DNA of 55,043 bases from Nitrospiria bacterium (GTDB lineage Bacteria > Nitrospirota > Nitrospiria > JACQBW01): assembly GCA_041486115.1 (NCBI GenBank), contig JBGPKT010000002.1:1-55043 (forward strand), given 5' to 3'. Below are positions 43,621-53,182 of the stretch, piece after piece (the first letter of the stretch is position 1; the number at the start of each line of letters is the position of its first letter). The position numbers and the translations under genes were made by a program. The notes under the pieces are model-generated. The model had not been told where the DNA came from and ran no database searches. It saw only the letters and a list, made by a program, of their open reading frames with translations.

Positions 43621-44976
43621 TTGAGTAAAACGAAGACCAGCTTTCATTGCCAGCAGTGCGGCTACCAGTCGTTTAAATGGCTGGGGCGGTGTCCGGAATG
43701 CAGCGCATGGAACAGCCTGGTAGAAGAGGTCGAGAAAGCGAACCGGGGAAGAGGCCCCGAAGGGGGAATCGAAAACGAGCCGAGGCGGTTTCTCGACATC
43801 GAACAATCCGAAGAAGACCGCCAGCGGGTCGGGATCGAAGAGTTTGACCGGGTTTTAGGCGGAGGACTGGTGAAAGGTTCCGTGACGTTGATCGGAGGAG
43901 ACCCGGGGATCGGAAAATCGACGCTCCTTCTTTCTATTTCAAATAAAATTGCCGCTTTTGGAAAAGTCTTATATGTTTCGGGCGAGGAATCGCTGACCCA
44001 GATTAAAATGAGGGGAAGCCGGCTTGGAATTCACTCTGAAAATCTCTACCTCCTTTCTGAAACTTCCCTTGAGGAAGTTTTCCGGGCGATAAAAAAAATC
44101 AATCCGGTCACGATCATTCTCGATTCTGTTCAAACCCTTTTTTCTTCGGAATTGCAGTCTCCGCCGGGCAGTGTCAGCCAGATCAAGGAAGTGGCTTCCC
44201 AGATGATGGTCTGTTCAAAAACTACCGGGGTATCTTCTTTTTTGGTCGGCCACGTCACCAAAGAGGGGGTGATTGCCGGACCCCGCGTCCTGGAACATAT
44301 CGTGGACACCGTTCTCTATTTCGAAGGGGATAAGGGGCATCCCTACCGTATTTTAAGGAGCGTCAAAAACAGGTTCGGTTCCACCCATGAAATAGGGGTT
44401 TTTGAGATGGTGGAAGCAGGGTTGAACGAAGTTCAAAACCCTTCCGAGATTTTTCTTTCGGGGAGGCCCGAGTCGGCGGCGGGCTCCGTCGTGGTCTCCA
44501 GCGTCGAGGGGACGCGGCCTATTCTGGTGGAGCTGCAGGCGCTGGTCACTCCGGGATATCTCGGAATTCCCCGCCGGGTGGCTAATGGCGTAGACTCCGC
44601 CAGGGTGGCCCTTCTCCTGGCCATCATGGAAAAAAGAGGGGGCTTCCATTTTCAGGGGCAGGACATTTTTATCAATGTGGTCGGAGGGATGTATCTGCAA
44701 GAACCGGCAATCGATCTGGGAATCGTCACCGCCGTTGCCTCGAGCTTTAAAGAGCGCGCGGTCGATTCCCGCACCCTTATCCTGGGGGAAGTGGGGCTTG
44801 CAGGGGAGATCCGCGGCGTGGCGGACATTCAGACGAGATTAAAAGAAGCGGCCAAACTGGGCTTTAAACGGGCGCTTATTCCGGCCCACAATTCGGAACA
44901 TCTCTACCAGGCCCTTCCTGTTGAAATCATTCCGGTCAAGAACATCGAAGAGGCCATGACCGTGCTTTTTACATGA
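43621..44976 (+). CDS. radA: DNA repair protein RadA (Sms)
   Basis: N-terminal zinc finger FHCQQCGYQSFKWLGRCPECSAWNS, Walker A GGDPGIGKSTLLL, KNRFG motif, and a Lon-like C-terminal domain. TTG start. Confidence 0.95.
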   Translation: MSKTKTSFHCQQCGYQSFKWLGRCPECSAWNSLVEEVEKANRGRGPEGGIENEPRRFLDIEQSEEDRQRVGIEEFDRVLGGGLVKGSVTLIGGDPGIGKSTLLLSISNKIAAFGKVLYVSGEESLTQIKMRGSRLGIHSENLYLLSETSLEEVFRAIKKINPVTIILDSVQTLFSSELQSPPGSVSQIKEVASQMMVCSKTTGVSSFLVGHVTKEGVIAGPRVLEHIVDTVLYFEGDKGHPYRILRSVKNRFGSTHEIGVFEMVEAGLNEVQNPSEIFLSGRPESAAGSVVVSSVEGTRPILVELQALVTPGYLGIPRRVANGVDSARVALLLAIMEKRGGFHFQGQDIFINVVGGMYLQEPAIDLGIVTAVASSFKERAVDSRTLILGEVGLAGEIRGVADIQTRLKEAAKLGFKRALIPAHNSEHLYQALPVEIIPVKNIEEAMTVLFT

Positions 44977-45779
44977 AACAAAAGCTCCCTTTTTTTATCG
45001 CGCTCTGGTTTCTCCTTCTTTTAGAGGCTTGTGCGCCATCCAGGCAGGCCCTGATGCCGGTTCAGGAGAGGACGCCGAAAGAATTATTTGACCTTTTTTC
45101 CCGGAGAGAAAAAGAACTTCAGGCGGTGAAAGGAATGGCCTCTCTTTTTATCAGGCCCTCTCAGGGGGCCAGCCGTACTTTAAGCGGAGTCCTGGCGTTT
45201 GAAAAGGAAAATCATTTCCGTTTCCAGGGGTTTGACCCGTTTGGAAGGTCGGTGGTTGACTTGACGCTTTCAGGAGACTTTTTAAAAATCAGTACGGGAG
45301 GAGGTCTTCCACGGATCATGAAACTGGAAGACCCCTCCGGTGTCATGATACCGGAGGAAATCGGAGGGGAAACTTCCCCCTGGGGAAAAGACTTCTTCAG
45401 GCTGGTGAGCGAACTCCGGTATGGAGGAAACCCCGTTACCCAAAAAGATGAGGTCATTGTTTTTGATAAAGGAGAGGCGGAGATCCTCTGCCTGGTCATT
45501 AAAATCAGAGGGAAAGAAGGGATCATTAGAAAGAAAATCTGGCTGGAACGATACTCGTTTTACCCGGTCCGGGAGGAGCTCTATGAGGAACCTTATGAAG
45601 ATGCCTCCGGAGGGGCCAGACAGATCGGGACCTTGTATTTCGACCGGTTGACCAAAAAAAATAACCCTTCATGGCCGGATCGAATTAGGGTAAAATCAGA
45701 GAAAGGGGAGTTTGAGGCCGATTTTTTAGAAATGAATTTTACACCTCTATTCCCCGCCGATTATTTTAAGCTGGAGTAG
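44973..45779 (+). CDS. Lipoprotein, possibly LolB/DUF4292-like fold (hypothetical)
   Basis: Lipoprotein-type signal MKQKLPFFIALWFLLLLEAC, beta-rich body. The ATG overlaps the radA stop. The family call is weak. Confidence 0.4.
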   Translation: MKQKLPFFIALWFLLLLEACAPSRQALMPVQERTPKELFDLFSRREKELQAVKGMASLFIRPSQGASRTLSGVLAFEKENHFRFQGFDPFGRSVVDLTLSGDFLKISTGGGLPRIMKLEDPSGVMIPEEIGGETSPWGKDFFRLVSELRYGGNPVTQKDEVIVFDKGEAEILCLVIKIRGKEGIIRKKIWLERYSFYPVREELYEEPYEDASGGARQIGTLYFDRLTKKNNPSWPDRIRVKSEKGEFEADFLEMNFTPLFPADYFKLE

Positions 45780-45799
45780 CGTGCGCGAGGAGTGCCTGA

Positions 45800-46483
45800 T
45801 TGTTAATTCTGTCTGTTGAAACTTCAACGCGGACGGGGAGCGTTGCGCTTCTGAAAAACCGCGTCCTTTTAGGCGAAATGGCCGTATCAAATAAAACCTA
45901 TCATTCGCAAAGGATCCTGAAGATGATCGATTTTTTGCTAAAAGAATGCCGGGTGGCTCTTCCTGAAGTTGATCTGTTTGTTGTTTCCATCGGGCCGGGT
46001 TCTTTTACGGGGCTTCGCGTCGGCATTGCGACCGTCAAGGGTCTTGCGACGGCCCTGAACAAGCCGGTTAAAGGAGTCCCTGCGCTGGAGGCTTTTGCGA
46101 GACAGATTCCGTTTACTCCCTGGCTGATCTGTCCCCTCATCCAGGCAAGGAAGGACGAGGTCTATACGGCGCTTTATCAATATCAGGATCCCTTTACGCT
46201 GGTTTCACTGAAGTCGGCCAGGCAGATTCCCCTGGCAAACCTCCTGAAAGAACTGGAAGAGGGGGAAACCCCCGTTCATCTTCTGGGAGACCTGTCGGAA
46301 GAGGCGATTGCCGGATGCTCCAAATCAAGAATTTATCATTCTCCGCTGGACAGAGCCCCGAGAGCGTCGGCTATTGCCCTGGCAGCCTTTCAAAAGGGAG
46401 AGGAGAACTTCAGCGAGGAAACGGAGTTGATCATGCCGGAATATCCGTCTGTAAAAGTTCAGGCCGATGGATTGTACCTTTGA
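45800..46483 (+). CDS. tsaB: tRNA threonylcarbamoyladenosine biosynthesis protein TsaB (YeaZ)
   Basis: MLILSVETSTRTGSVALL...VSIGPGSFTGLRVGIATVKGLA. TTG start with GGAG SD. Confidence 0.9.
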   Translation: MLILSVETSTRTGSVALLKNRVLLGEMAVSNKTYHSQRILKMIDFLLKECRVALPEVDLFVVSIGPGSFTGLRVGIATVKGLATALNKPVKGVPALEAFARQIPFTPWLICPLIQARKDEVYTALYQYQDPFTLVSLKSARQIPLANLLKELEEGETPVHLLGDLSEEAIAGCSKSRIYHSPLDRAPRASAIALAAFQKGEENFSEETELIMPEYPSVKVQADGLYL

Positions 46484-46937
46484 AAAAATGAAGATCGGAG
46501 ATCTGGAAGAGGTGGTCAAAATTGCCGGGGCATCCTTCAGCCAGCCCTGGACCCGCGGGATGTTTGAAAACGAACTCCTGAAAAATCCATTTTCGGAACA
46601 GATTGTGTTTAAAGCGGGAGAGAGGATTGCCGGGTATCTTTGTTTCTGGGCGCTATTTGACGAATCCCATATTCTTGATTTCGCCGTCCACCCGGATTTC
46701 CGGCGGATGGGCCTGGCAAAAAGAGCCCTGATGCAGGTGATGGAACAGATGAAACAGAAAAATATCAAAAAGATCTTTTTAGAGGTCAGGGAATCGAATC
46801 AGGCGGCAATCGCCCTTTATGAAAAGTCAGGGTTTTTAAAAATCGGTGCGAGGAAGGGATATTATTCAAATCCGAAAGAAAACGCGGCTATTTTTCAATG
46901 GACTGCTCCAGAAAATGAACAGGCGAACCTCAATTAA
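46467..46937 (+). CDS. rimI: Ribosomal-protein-alanine N-acetyltransferase (GNAT)
   Basis: GNAT motif A ILDFAVHPDFRRMGLAKRAL and LEVRESNQAAIALYEKSGF. tsaB-rimI adjacency is conserved. An alternative start at ATG 46488 avoids the overlap. Confidence 0.85.
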   Translation: MDCTFEKMKIGDLEEVVKIAGASFSQPWTRGMFENELLKNPFSEQIVFKAGERIAGYLCFWALFDESHILDFAVHPDFRRMGLAKRALMQVMEQMKQKNIKKIFLEVRESNQAAIALYEKSGFLKIGARKGYYSNPKENAAIFQWTAPENEQANLN

Positions 46938-46955
46938 ATAATAAGGAGACCCGCA

Positions 46956-47192
46956 ATGGCGAACTTGCTGAATGATGAAGAGTTGATTAATGCGCTCCGG
47001 AAGGAGAATGGAAAATTCCGTGATGATGAAAAAGACCACGAAGACCTCGCCAAACAATTAGCAAAACTCAATAAGCGAAAAAATCTCCTTCCCGAAGAGG
47101 AACTCACTGTAAAAAAACTGCACAAAGAAAAGTTGATCCTTAAGGACAGCCTGGCCAGGATGATCCGGCAATTTAAAACAAAAAAAGGATAA
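46956..47192 (+). CDS. DUF465 (YdcH-like) small protein
   Basis: 78 aa with LRKENGKFRDDEKDHEDLAKQLAKLNKRKNLLPEEELTVKKLHKEKLILKDSLARMI, matching the typical DUF465 pattern. Confidence 0.6.
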   Translation: MANLLNDEELINALRKENGKFRDDEKDHEDLAKQLAKLNKRKNLLPEEELTVKKLHKEKLILKDSLARMIRQFKTKKG

Positions 47193-47202
47193 TCGCCCCG
47201 CG

Positions 47203-47439
47203 ATGTTTGGAATAGGCTTTCCCGAGCTTATGATAATCTTATTGATCGGTTTTCTGGTGCTCGGCCCTGAAAAAGCCATTGCTCTTTGCAGGGATTTGGG
47301 GCGGATTTTTGCCGATTTTAAGAAGAAGGCGGGGCAGGTCGAGAAAGCCGTTTTATCGGAATTAAACAAAACCGGGGCTGAAGCGCATCCAAAAGAAAAA
47401 GATGATGTTCAAGCTGCTGAAGAAAAAAAATCATCCTGA
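47203..47439 (+). CDS. Twin-arginine translocase TatA/TatB family protein
   Basis: MFGIGFPELMIILLIGFLVLGPEKAIALCRDLGRIFADFKKK (TM plus amphipathic helix). It lies immediately upstream of tatC. Confidence 0.88.
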   Translation: MFGIGFPELMIILLIGFLVLGPEKAIALCRDLGRIFADFKKKAGQVEKAVLSELNKTGAEAHPKEKDDVQAAEEKKSS

Positions 47440-47446
47440 AGCGTTG

Positions 47447-48178
47447 ATGCCGGTTGGCGGACATCTGTCGGAGCTTCGGTCTCGGATCATTAAATCGCTG
47501 GTTGTGGTCGGTCTTTTCTTCGGGATCGCCATGCAGAAGGCAGATTGGCTTCTCAACCTGTTGCGAAGGCTCCTGCCTGCCGACCTTTTTTTTAATTCTC
47601 CCGCCGAGGCGTTATGGGTGACTCTGAAAGTCGCTTTTTTCGCTGGATTTTTTGTTTCTTTTCCCTATATATTGTTTCAAGTGTGGAGATTTATCTCGCC
47701 GGGGCTTGCACAGAGGGAGAAAAAACTGGCCATTCCTTTCATTATCGGAGGGTCCCTTTTTTTTATCCTCGGCGTCTTATTCTGTTATTTTGCCGTCCTC
47801 CCTTTTGCGCTAACTTACCTGATTCAATTCGGTATTGAAAAGGGAATCAAGCCGCAGATTATGATCACAAGCTACATTGACTTTGTCTTAAAATTCATGC
47901 TGGCTTTCGGTCTGATTTTTATTCTCCCGGTGGTTCTGGTTCTCCTGGCCAGAGCCGGGATGGTGTCATCGGCCTGGCTGGCCAAAAATAGAAAGTATGC
48001 TTTTTTAATAAACGCGATTGTCTCTGCCATTTTGACCCCCACGCCCGATGTGTTTAACATGATGCTGATGATGTTACCCCTGGTGATTCTCTATGAGGTG
48101 GGAATATGGGGAGCCAGGCTCTTTGGGGAGGCTCATTCAAAAACCATTAAAGGTTCCGGAAACATATCAGCGGGGTAA
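47447..48178 (+). CDS. tatC: Twin-arginine translocase subunit TatC
   Basis: MPVGGHLSELRSRIIKSL is a typical TatC N-terminus, with 6 TM segments. ATG 47447 is preferred over the ORF-track start at 47402, which overlaps the tatA/B 3' end. Confidence 0.92.
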   Translation: MPVGGHLSELRSRIIKSLVVVGLFFGIAMQKADWLLNLLRRLLPADLFFNSPAEALWVTLKVAFFAGFFVSFPYILFQVWRFISPGLAQREKKLAIPFIIGGSLFFILGVLFCYFAVLPFALTYLIQFGIEKGIKPQIMITSYIDFVLKFMLAFGLIFILPVVLVLLARAGMVSSAWLAKNRKYAFLINAIVSAILTPTPDVFNMMLMMLPLVILYEVGIWGARLFGEAHSKTIKGSGNISAG

Positions 48179-48220
48179 GGTCCTGAGGTTTCTGTGCCTG
48201 TCATATCAAGAGGAGAATCG

Positions 48221-48736
48221 ATGTCTGGAAAAAACGAAGGCGCGACCATAAAAACAAAATTTGGCAATATTCAAATTTCATTTTTTCGGGAATCGGCCCC
48301 GGGACATGTCGATAACTTTATTTCTCTGGCAAAAAAGAAGTTTTATGATGAGACGACCTTTCATCGGGTGATACCCGGCTTCATGATTCAGGGAGGTGAT
48401 CCGAATACCCGGCTTCATAAAGACAATCGCGGTACGCATGGAATGGGGGGGCCCGGGCATACCCTCAAGGCGGAATTTAATAAAAAAAGCCATAAACGGG
48501 GGATTGTCTCGATGGCCCGGTCGGCAAATCCGGACAGCGCCGGTTCTCAATTTTTTATTTGCGTTTCGGATTCCCTCTTTCTTGACGGACAATACACCGT
48601 ATTCGGAGAGGTGACTTCGGGAATGGATGTGGCGGACAAGATCGTCAGTCTATCCCGTGATTCGAACGACAATCCAAAAGAAAGAATCGAAATGGAAGTG
48701 GTCATCGCCGCTATCGCCGCCCAAGAACAGAGATAG
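48221..48736 (+). CDS. Peptidyl-prolyl cis-trans isomerase, cyclophilin type
   Basis: FHRVIPGFMIQGGDP...GIVSMARSANPDSAGSQFFIC...LDGQYTVFGEV. ATG 48221 follows an AGGAG SD. The last four codons and the stop lie in the terminal inverted repeat of a MITE-like element. Confidence 0.92.
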   Translation: MSGKNEGATIKTKFGNIQISFFRESAPGHVDNFISLAKKKFYDETTFHRVIPGFMIQGGDPNTRLHKDNRGTHGMGGPGHTLKAEFNKKSHKRGIVSMARSANPDSAGSQFFICVSDSLFLDGQYTVFGEVTSGMDVADKIVSLSRDSNDNPKERIEMEVVIAAIAAQEQR

Positions 48737-48856
48737 GAAGGTGTCATTGCGAGCGAAGCGAAGCAATCTCGACATCTTGAACCGAGATCGCCAGGCACCC
48801 TACGGGTGCTCGCGATGACAGGCAAAACAAGGAGTTGCAAATCCTATCGCTGTTCT
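48724..48856. repeat. MITE-like palindromic element, copy B (133 nt, intact terminal inverted repeats)
   Basis: The termini AGAACAGAGATAGGA and TCCTATCGCTGTTCT are reverse complements with one mismatch. The internal long hairpin is GTCATTGCGAGCG...GCTCGCGATGAC. No ORF with coding character is present. Confidence 0.75.
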
Positions 48857-48925
48857 CGGGTCGACAGCCAGGGCTTGACAAAATAGATGGCTATGTTATC
48901 TTTTGATTAATTGATGGAGAAGACC

Positions 48926-50137
48926 ATGCGTTTAAACCCATTTGAATCAAAGATTTTATTTCCTTTGCTGATGTTGCTTTTTTTCTTATGTATCCCTGCG
49001 TTAAAAGGATATGCTGAGGGCGCAGGCGAAGGTTCGGGGTTGGGGCTACAAGAGACTCCCGGAACTTATTATACCGTAAAAGAAGGAGACACGTTATGGG
49101 GGATCTCCCAGGCGCATTATACAGAGCCTTTTTTATGGCCAAAACTCTGGGGGAAAAACCCTTCCATTCCCCATCCCGATCGCATTTACCCCGGTCAAAA
49201 AATATTTCTCCCGTCTGAGTCCTTTTTAAAAGAAGCTGAAATAGCGGCGGTAACAGAACAGAAGATGCCCGAAAAAGAAGCTGAACCGGCGGATCTTGGC
49301 GAGGAAACAGAAAATGAAGAAGCCCCTTTATCCGATATGGCTAGCATCAAAGAAGAACCCAAAGCGGTTCAGCTTGAGCCTGTTGCTCCCGTGGAGGAAG
49401 AAGAGACCAAAAATCCGGCGGTATGGACAGTAAGAGATCTGGCGACCGGAGGATTCATTTCAAAAAAGTTTTTAAAGGAGGAGAAAGTCGCCTCTATTGC
49501 GGCCTCGGAACAGGACCATTCCCTTTTAGGAGACGGGGATGCCGTCTATGTCTTTCCTGAAAAAAATCATGCTTTGCGAGTGGGAGAGCAATATACGATA
49601 TTTGAGACGATTAAATCGGTATACCACCCGAAGACCCACCGTTTAATCGGAAATTTAATCCGAATAAAAGGTTATCTCGAGATCATTCCCGATGTGATGG
49701 CTCGAAAGGGACAAAAAGGACATCTGGCCAGAATCAATAAATCGTTTGACTTGATCAATGTCGGAGATCCGTTGACGGTTTATCACCCGGTAGACCCCAT
49801 CAGTCTGGTGATGAATGAGGTTCCTTTCCCGGGAAGATTAAAAGGACTGGTGGTCGCCTCCCATGACATTAAAACCAACAATCAGGAGTATGATATTATT
49901 TACCTTGATAAAGGAACAAAGGATGGTATTCAACCCGGCCATCGTTTGGTGGTTCTGAAAGAATGGGAAAAAAATGAGCTTTACGGGTCCATCGCAAAAG
50001 AAAAACCTTCTCGACGGATTACCGCTGAAATCGAGGTCATTTCGGTACAGGAAGAGACTTCTACGGCAATCATCAACAAAAGTATTGAATCGGTAGTCGT
50101 GGGAGATATGTTCGCCAATCCTCCCGCCAGCCAGTAA
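48926..50137 (+). CDS. Secreted LysM-domain protein
   Basis: Signal peptide MRLNPFESKILFPLLMLLFFLCIPALKG. The LysM module is YYTVKEGDTLWGISQAHY...IYPGQKIFLP, followed by an acidic linker and a beta-rich C-terminal domain. ATG 48926 follows a GGAGA SD. Confidence 0.8.
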   Translation: MRLNPFESKILFPLLMLLFFLCIPALKGYAEGAGEGSGLGLQETPGTYYTVKEGDTLWGISQAHYTEPFLWPKLWGKNPSIPHPDRIYPGQKIFLPSESFLKEAEIAAVTEQKMPEKEAEPADLGEETENEEAPLSDMASIKEEPKAVQLEPVAPVEEEETKNPAVWTVRDLATGGFISKKFLKEEKVASIAASEQDHSLLGDGDAVYVFPEKNHALRVGEQYTIFETIKSVYHPKTHRLIGNLIRIKGYLEIIPDVMARKGQKGHLARINKSFDLINVGDPLTVYHPVDPISLVMNEVPFPGRLKGLVVASHDIKTNNQEYDIIYLDKGTKDGIQPGHRLVVLKEWEKNELYGSIAKEKPSRRITAEIEVISVQEETSTAIINKSIESVVVGDMFANPPASQ

Positions 50138-50277
50138 CAGGCCCCCGGCCCTAAAAATGATTAATCGATACGCCAGTTCCTGCCGAAAAATCTCAACAAC
50201 GATAAACGATAATTGACAAAAGAACGGTAATTAATGTATTTTGACCATGGTTTTCTGTTTTAATTTTACCGGGATAA

Positions 50278-51222
<945 letters not shown>

Positions 51223-51241
51223 ATTTCTTTTTTTCATTTTA

Positions 51242-51270
51242 TTGACAACTTTTCCTTTCAAGTTTAAAAT
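51242..51270 (+). promoter_or_regulatory. Sigma70-type promoter candidate for the PAS-sigma54 activator gene
   Basis: TTGACA-N17-TAAAAT in the mdh-activator intergenic region. Confidence 0.5.
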
Positions 51271-51360
51271 CAATCCAGTTCAGTAATAAATCCTATCTCC
51301 ACCTTAATATAAAAATATAAACAGACAATAGTGTAAGGTTCATTCATTTCAAGAGGTTTT

Positions 51361-52698
51361 GTGCAGGATTTTTCTTTTTTTAATCCGGAGTTTTTATTGA
51401 ATTCGTTCCCCGAGGGCCTTCTGGCCATCGGTCCGGACCAGAAGATTTTATTCATGAATTCCTCCGCGGAATCTCTTCTTGGAATTTCAACGAATGATCT
51501 GGCCGGCAAAAGGTGTCCCCATTTGATAGAAATCGACACCACCGGGCAAAAATGCCTTCTGGAAAGAACGCTCAATGCCGGGGAAGTTTATTCCGGGATC
51601 GAAGCCGTTTACAGGAATAGACAAGCGGGGAAGACGCTATTATTAATTGCTTCGTCCTTTATTTTAAAAGATGAAAATGGAAAATCGATCGGGGCGGCCG
51701 TCCAATTTAAAAAGACTCCTTCGGACAAAAATGTAACGGAGCCGGGGTCCAAACTCTTAATGGGAGACAAGATTGTTGGGAAAAACCCCAGAATGCTTGA
51801 AATATACAATCTTCTTCCCGGATTGGCCAGGACGAAATCGACGGTTTTGATAGAAGGAGAAAGCGGAACAGGCAAGGAGCTGATCGCCCAGGCTCTTCAT
51901 CATAACAGTCCCCGGCGGAATAAGCCTTTTATACGGGTCAATTGCGGCGCCCTTGCGGAAGGGATACTGGAAAGCGAACTCTTTGGCCATATCAAAGGGG
52001 CTTATACCGGGGCCGTTTCAAATAAGCAGGGGAGATTTGAGCTGGCCCATGAAGGGACGATTTTTTTAGACGAAATAGGCGATGTCACGCTTCCCACGCA
52101 AGTCAAACTTCTTAGGGTTCTTCAGGAAGAAGAGTTTGAGCGGGTCGGGGACACCAAACCTCTTAAAGTGGATGTGAGAGTCATCGCGGCGACAAATATA
52201 GACCTGAAAAAGGCGATGGAAGATGGAAAATTCAGGCAGGATCTTTATTATCGTCTCAGGGTGGTTCCGATTTCCCTCCCTCCTTTAAGGGAGCGGCGCG
52301 ATGATATTCCTCTCTTAATCGAGTATTTTGTAAAAAAATTTAATAAAGAAATGGGAAAGGATGCGGAAACGGTTTCCCCTGGCACCATCGAGATTTTGTT
52401 GAATTACGATTATCCGGGGAATATCAGAGAGCTGGAGAATATCATCGAACATGCCCTTGTTTTATGTAATGGAAATACCATTCTGCCCGAACATTTACCC
52501 CGAGATATTCAAATGCTGAAAGCCGACCACCTGGAACGGGCCATCGGCCGGGAGCATCCGTTAGAGGCGATTGAACGGGAATTAATCATTAAAGTTCTCA
52601 ATCAATGTGACTGGAATTTAAAAGAAACTTCCGAAAAATTAAGAATCAGCCGGACAACCCTCTGGCGAAAGATGAAAGATTATCATATTGGAAAATAA
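51361..52698 (+). CDS. Sigma54-dependent transcriptional activator with N-terminal PAS domain
   Basis: The N-terminal PAS-like domain (FPEGLLAIGPDQKILFMNSSAESLLG...) has no receiver domain. The AAA+ domain carries GESGTGKE and a GAYTGA variant loop (nt 51997-52014). C-terminal Fis-type HTH. GTG start. Confidence 0.9.
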   Translation: MQDFSFFNPEFLLNSFPEGLLAIGPDQKILFMNSSAESLLGISTNDLAGKRCPHLIEIDTTGQKCLLERTLNAGEVYSGIEAVYRNRQAGKTLLLIASSFILKDENGKSIGAAVQFKKTPSDKNVTEPGSKLLMGDKIVGKNPRMLEIYNLLPGLARTKSTVLIEGESGTGKELIAQALHHNSPRRNKPFIRVNCGALAEGILESELFGHIKGAYTGAVSNKQGRFELAHEGTIFLDEIGDVTLPTQVKLLRVLQEEEFERVGDTKPLKVDVRVIAATNIDLKKAMEDGKFRQDLYYRLRVVPISLPPLRERRDDIPLLIEYFVKKFNKEMGKDAETVSPGTIEILLNYDYPGNIRELENIIEHALVLCNGNTILPEHLPRDIQMLKADHLERAIGREHPLEAIERELIIKVLNQCDWNLKETSEKLRISRTTLWRKMKDYHIGK

Positions 52699-52712
52699 AA
52701 ATGTTTCATAAA

Positions 52713-52726
52713 TGGAACCTGTTCCA
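52713..52726. promoter_or_regulatory. Perfect palindrome TGGAAC-CT-GTTCCA, candidate enhancer (UAS) for a sigma54 activator
   Basis: The 6+6 inverted repeat lies about 165 nt upstream of the -24 element. The loop is too short for a good RNA hairpin and no U-tract follows, so a protein-binding site is more likely than a terminator. Confidence 0.4.
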
Positions 52727-52878
52727 AAATTGAAAAGTATGCTCTAAGTTATTAAAAATATTGAACTATATATTAGATTCATCAGTTTTAATGATTTTAT
52801 AATTAAATTGTAGTTTCAGTAAAAAAACAAGATGTTTTATAACTATATGTTTTTATGATATTTTTTAAAACAAATATG

Positions 52879-52894
52879 TGGTATGGTTTTTGCT
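52879..52894 (+). promoter_or_regulatory. Sigma54 (-24/-12) promoter upstream of the zinc-ribbon / NuoF-like genes
   Basis: TGGTATGGTTTTTGCT has GG-N10-GC spacing and matches TGGCAC-N5-TTGCW at the conserved positions. It lies in an AT-rich 250-nt intergenic region directly downstream of a sigma54 activator gene. Confidence 0.7.
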
Positions 52895-52951
52895 CTTTCT
52901 TTATACATATAGACGGACTAAAATGGTCGGATTAAAGAAGGAGAGTAAACG

Positions 52952-53155
52952 ATGCAATGTCACCGGTGTAAAGGATCGATGGTTCTTGAGAAATTTCGGG
53001 ATTTTTACGATGATACAGGCAACATTGACTTTGTCGGATGGAGATGTTTAATTTGCGGAGAGATTTTTGATCCGGTGATTCATACGAACCGGAGGCATCA
53101 CCCGCCCCCTCTGGTCGGAAAAAACAGGAAATTGATTATCGCTTCCAAGCGATAG
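52952..53155 (+). CDS. Small zinc-ribbon protein (CxxC...CxxC), hypothetical
   Basis: 67 aa MQCHRCKGSMVLEK...WRCLICGEIFDP. AAGGAGA SD lies 7 nt upstream, and a near-consensus sigma54 promoter lies about 60 nt upstream of the ATG. Confidence 0.6.
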   Translation: MQCHRCKGSMVLEKFRDFYDDTGNIDFVGWRCLICGEIFDPVIHTNRRHHPPPLVGKNRKLIIASKR

Positions 53156-53182
53156 ACCGGGCGGGTTCCGGGGATTAGTTTA

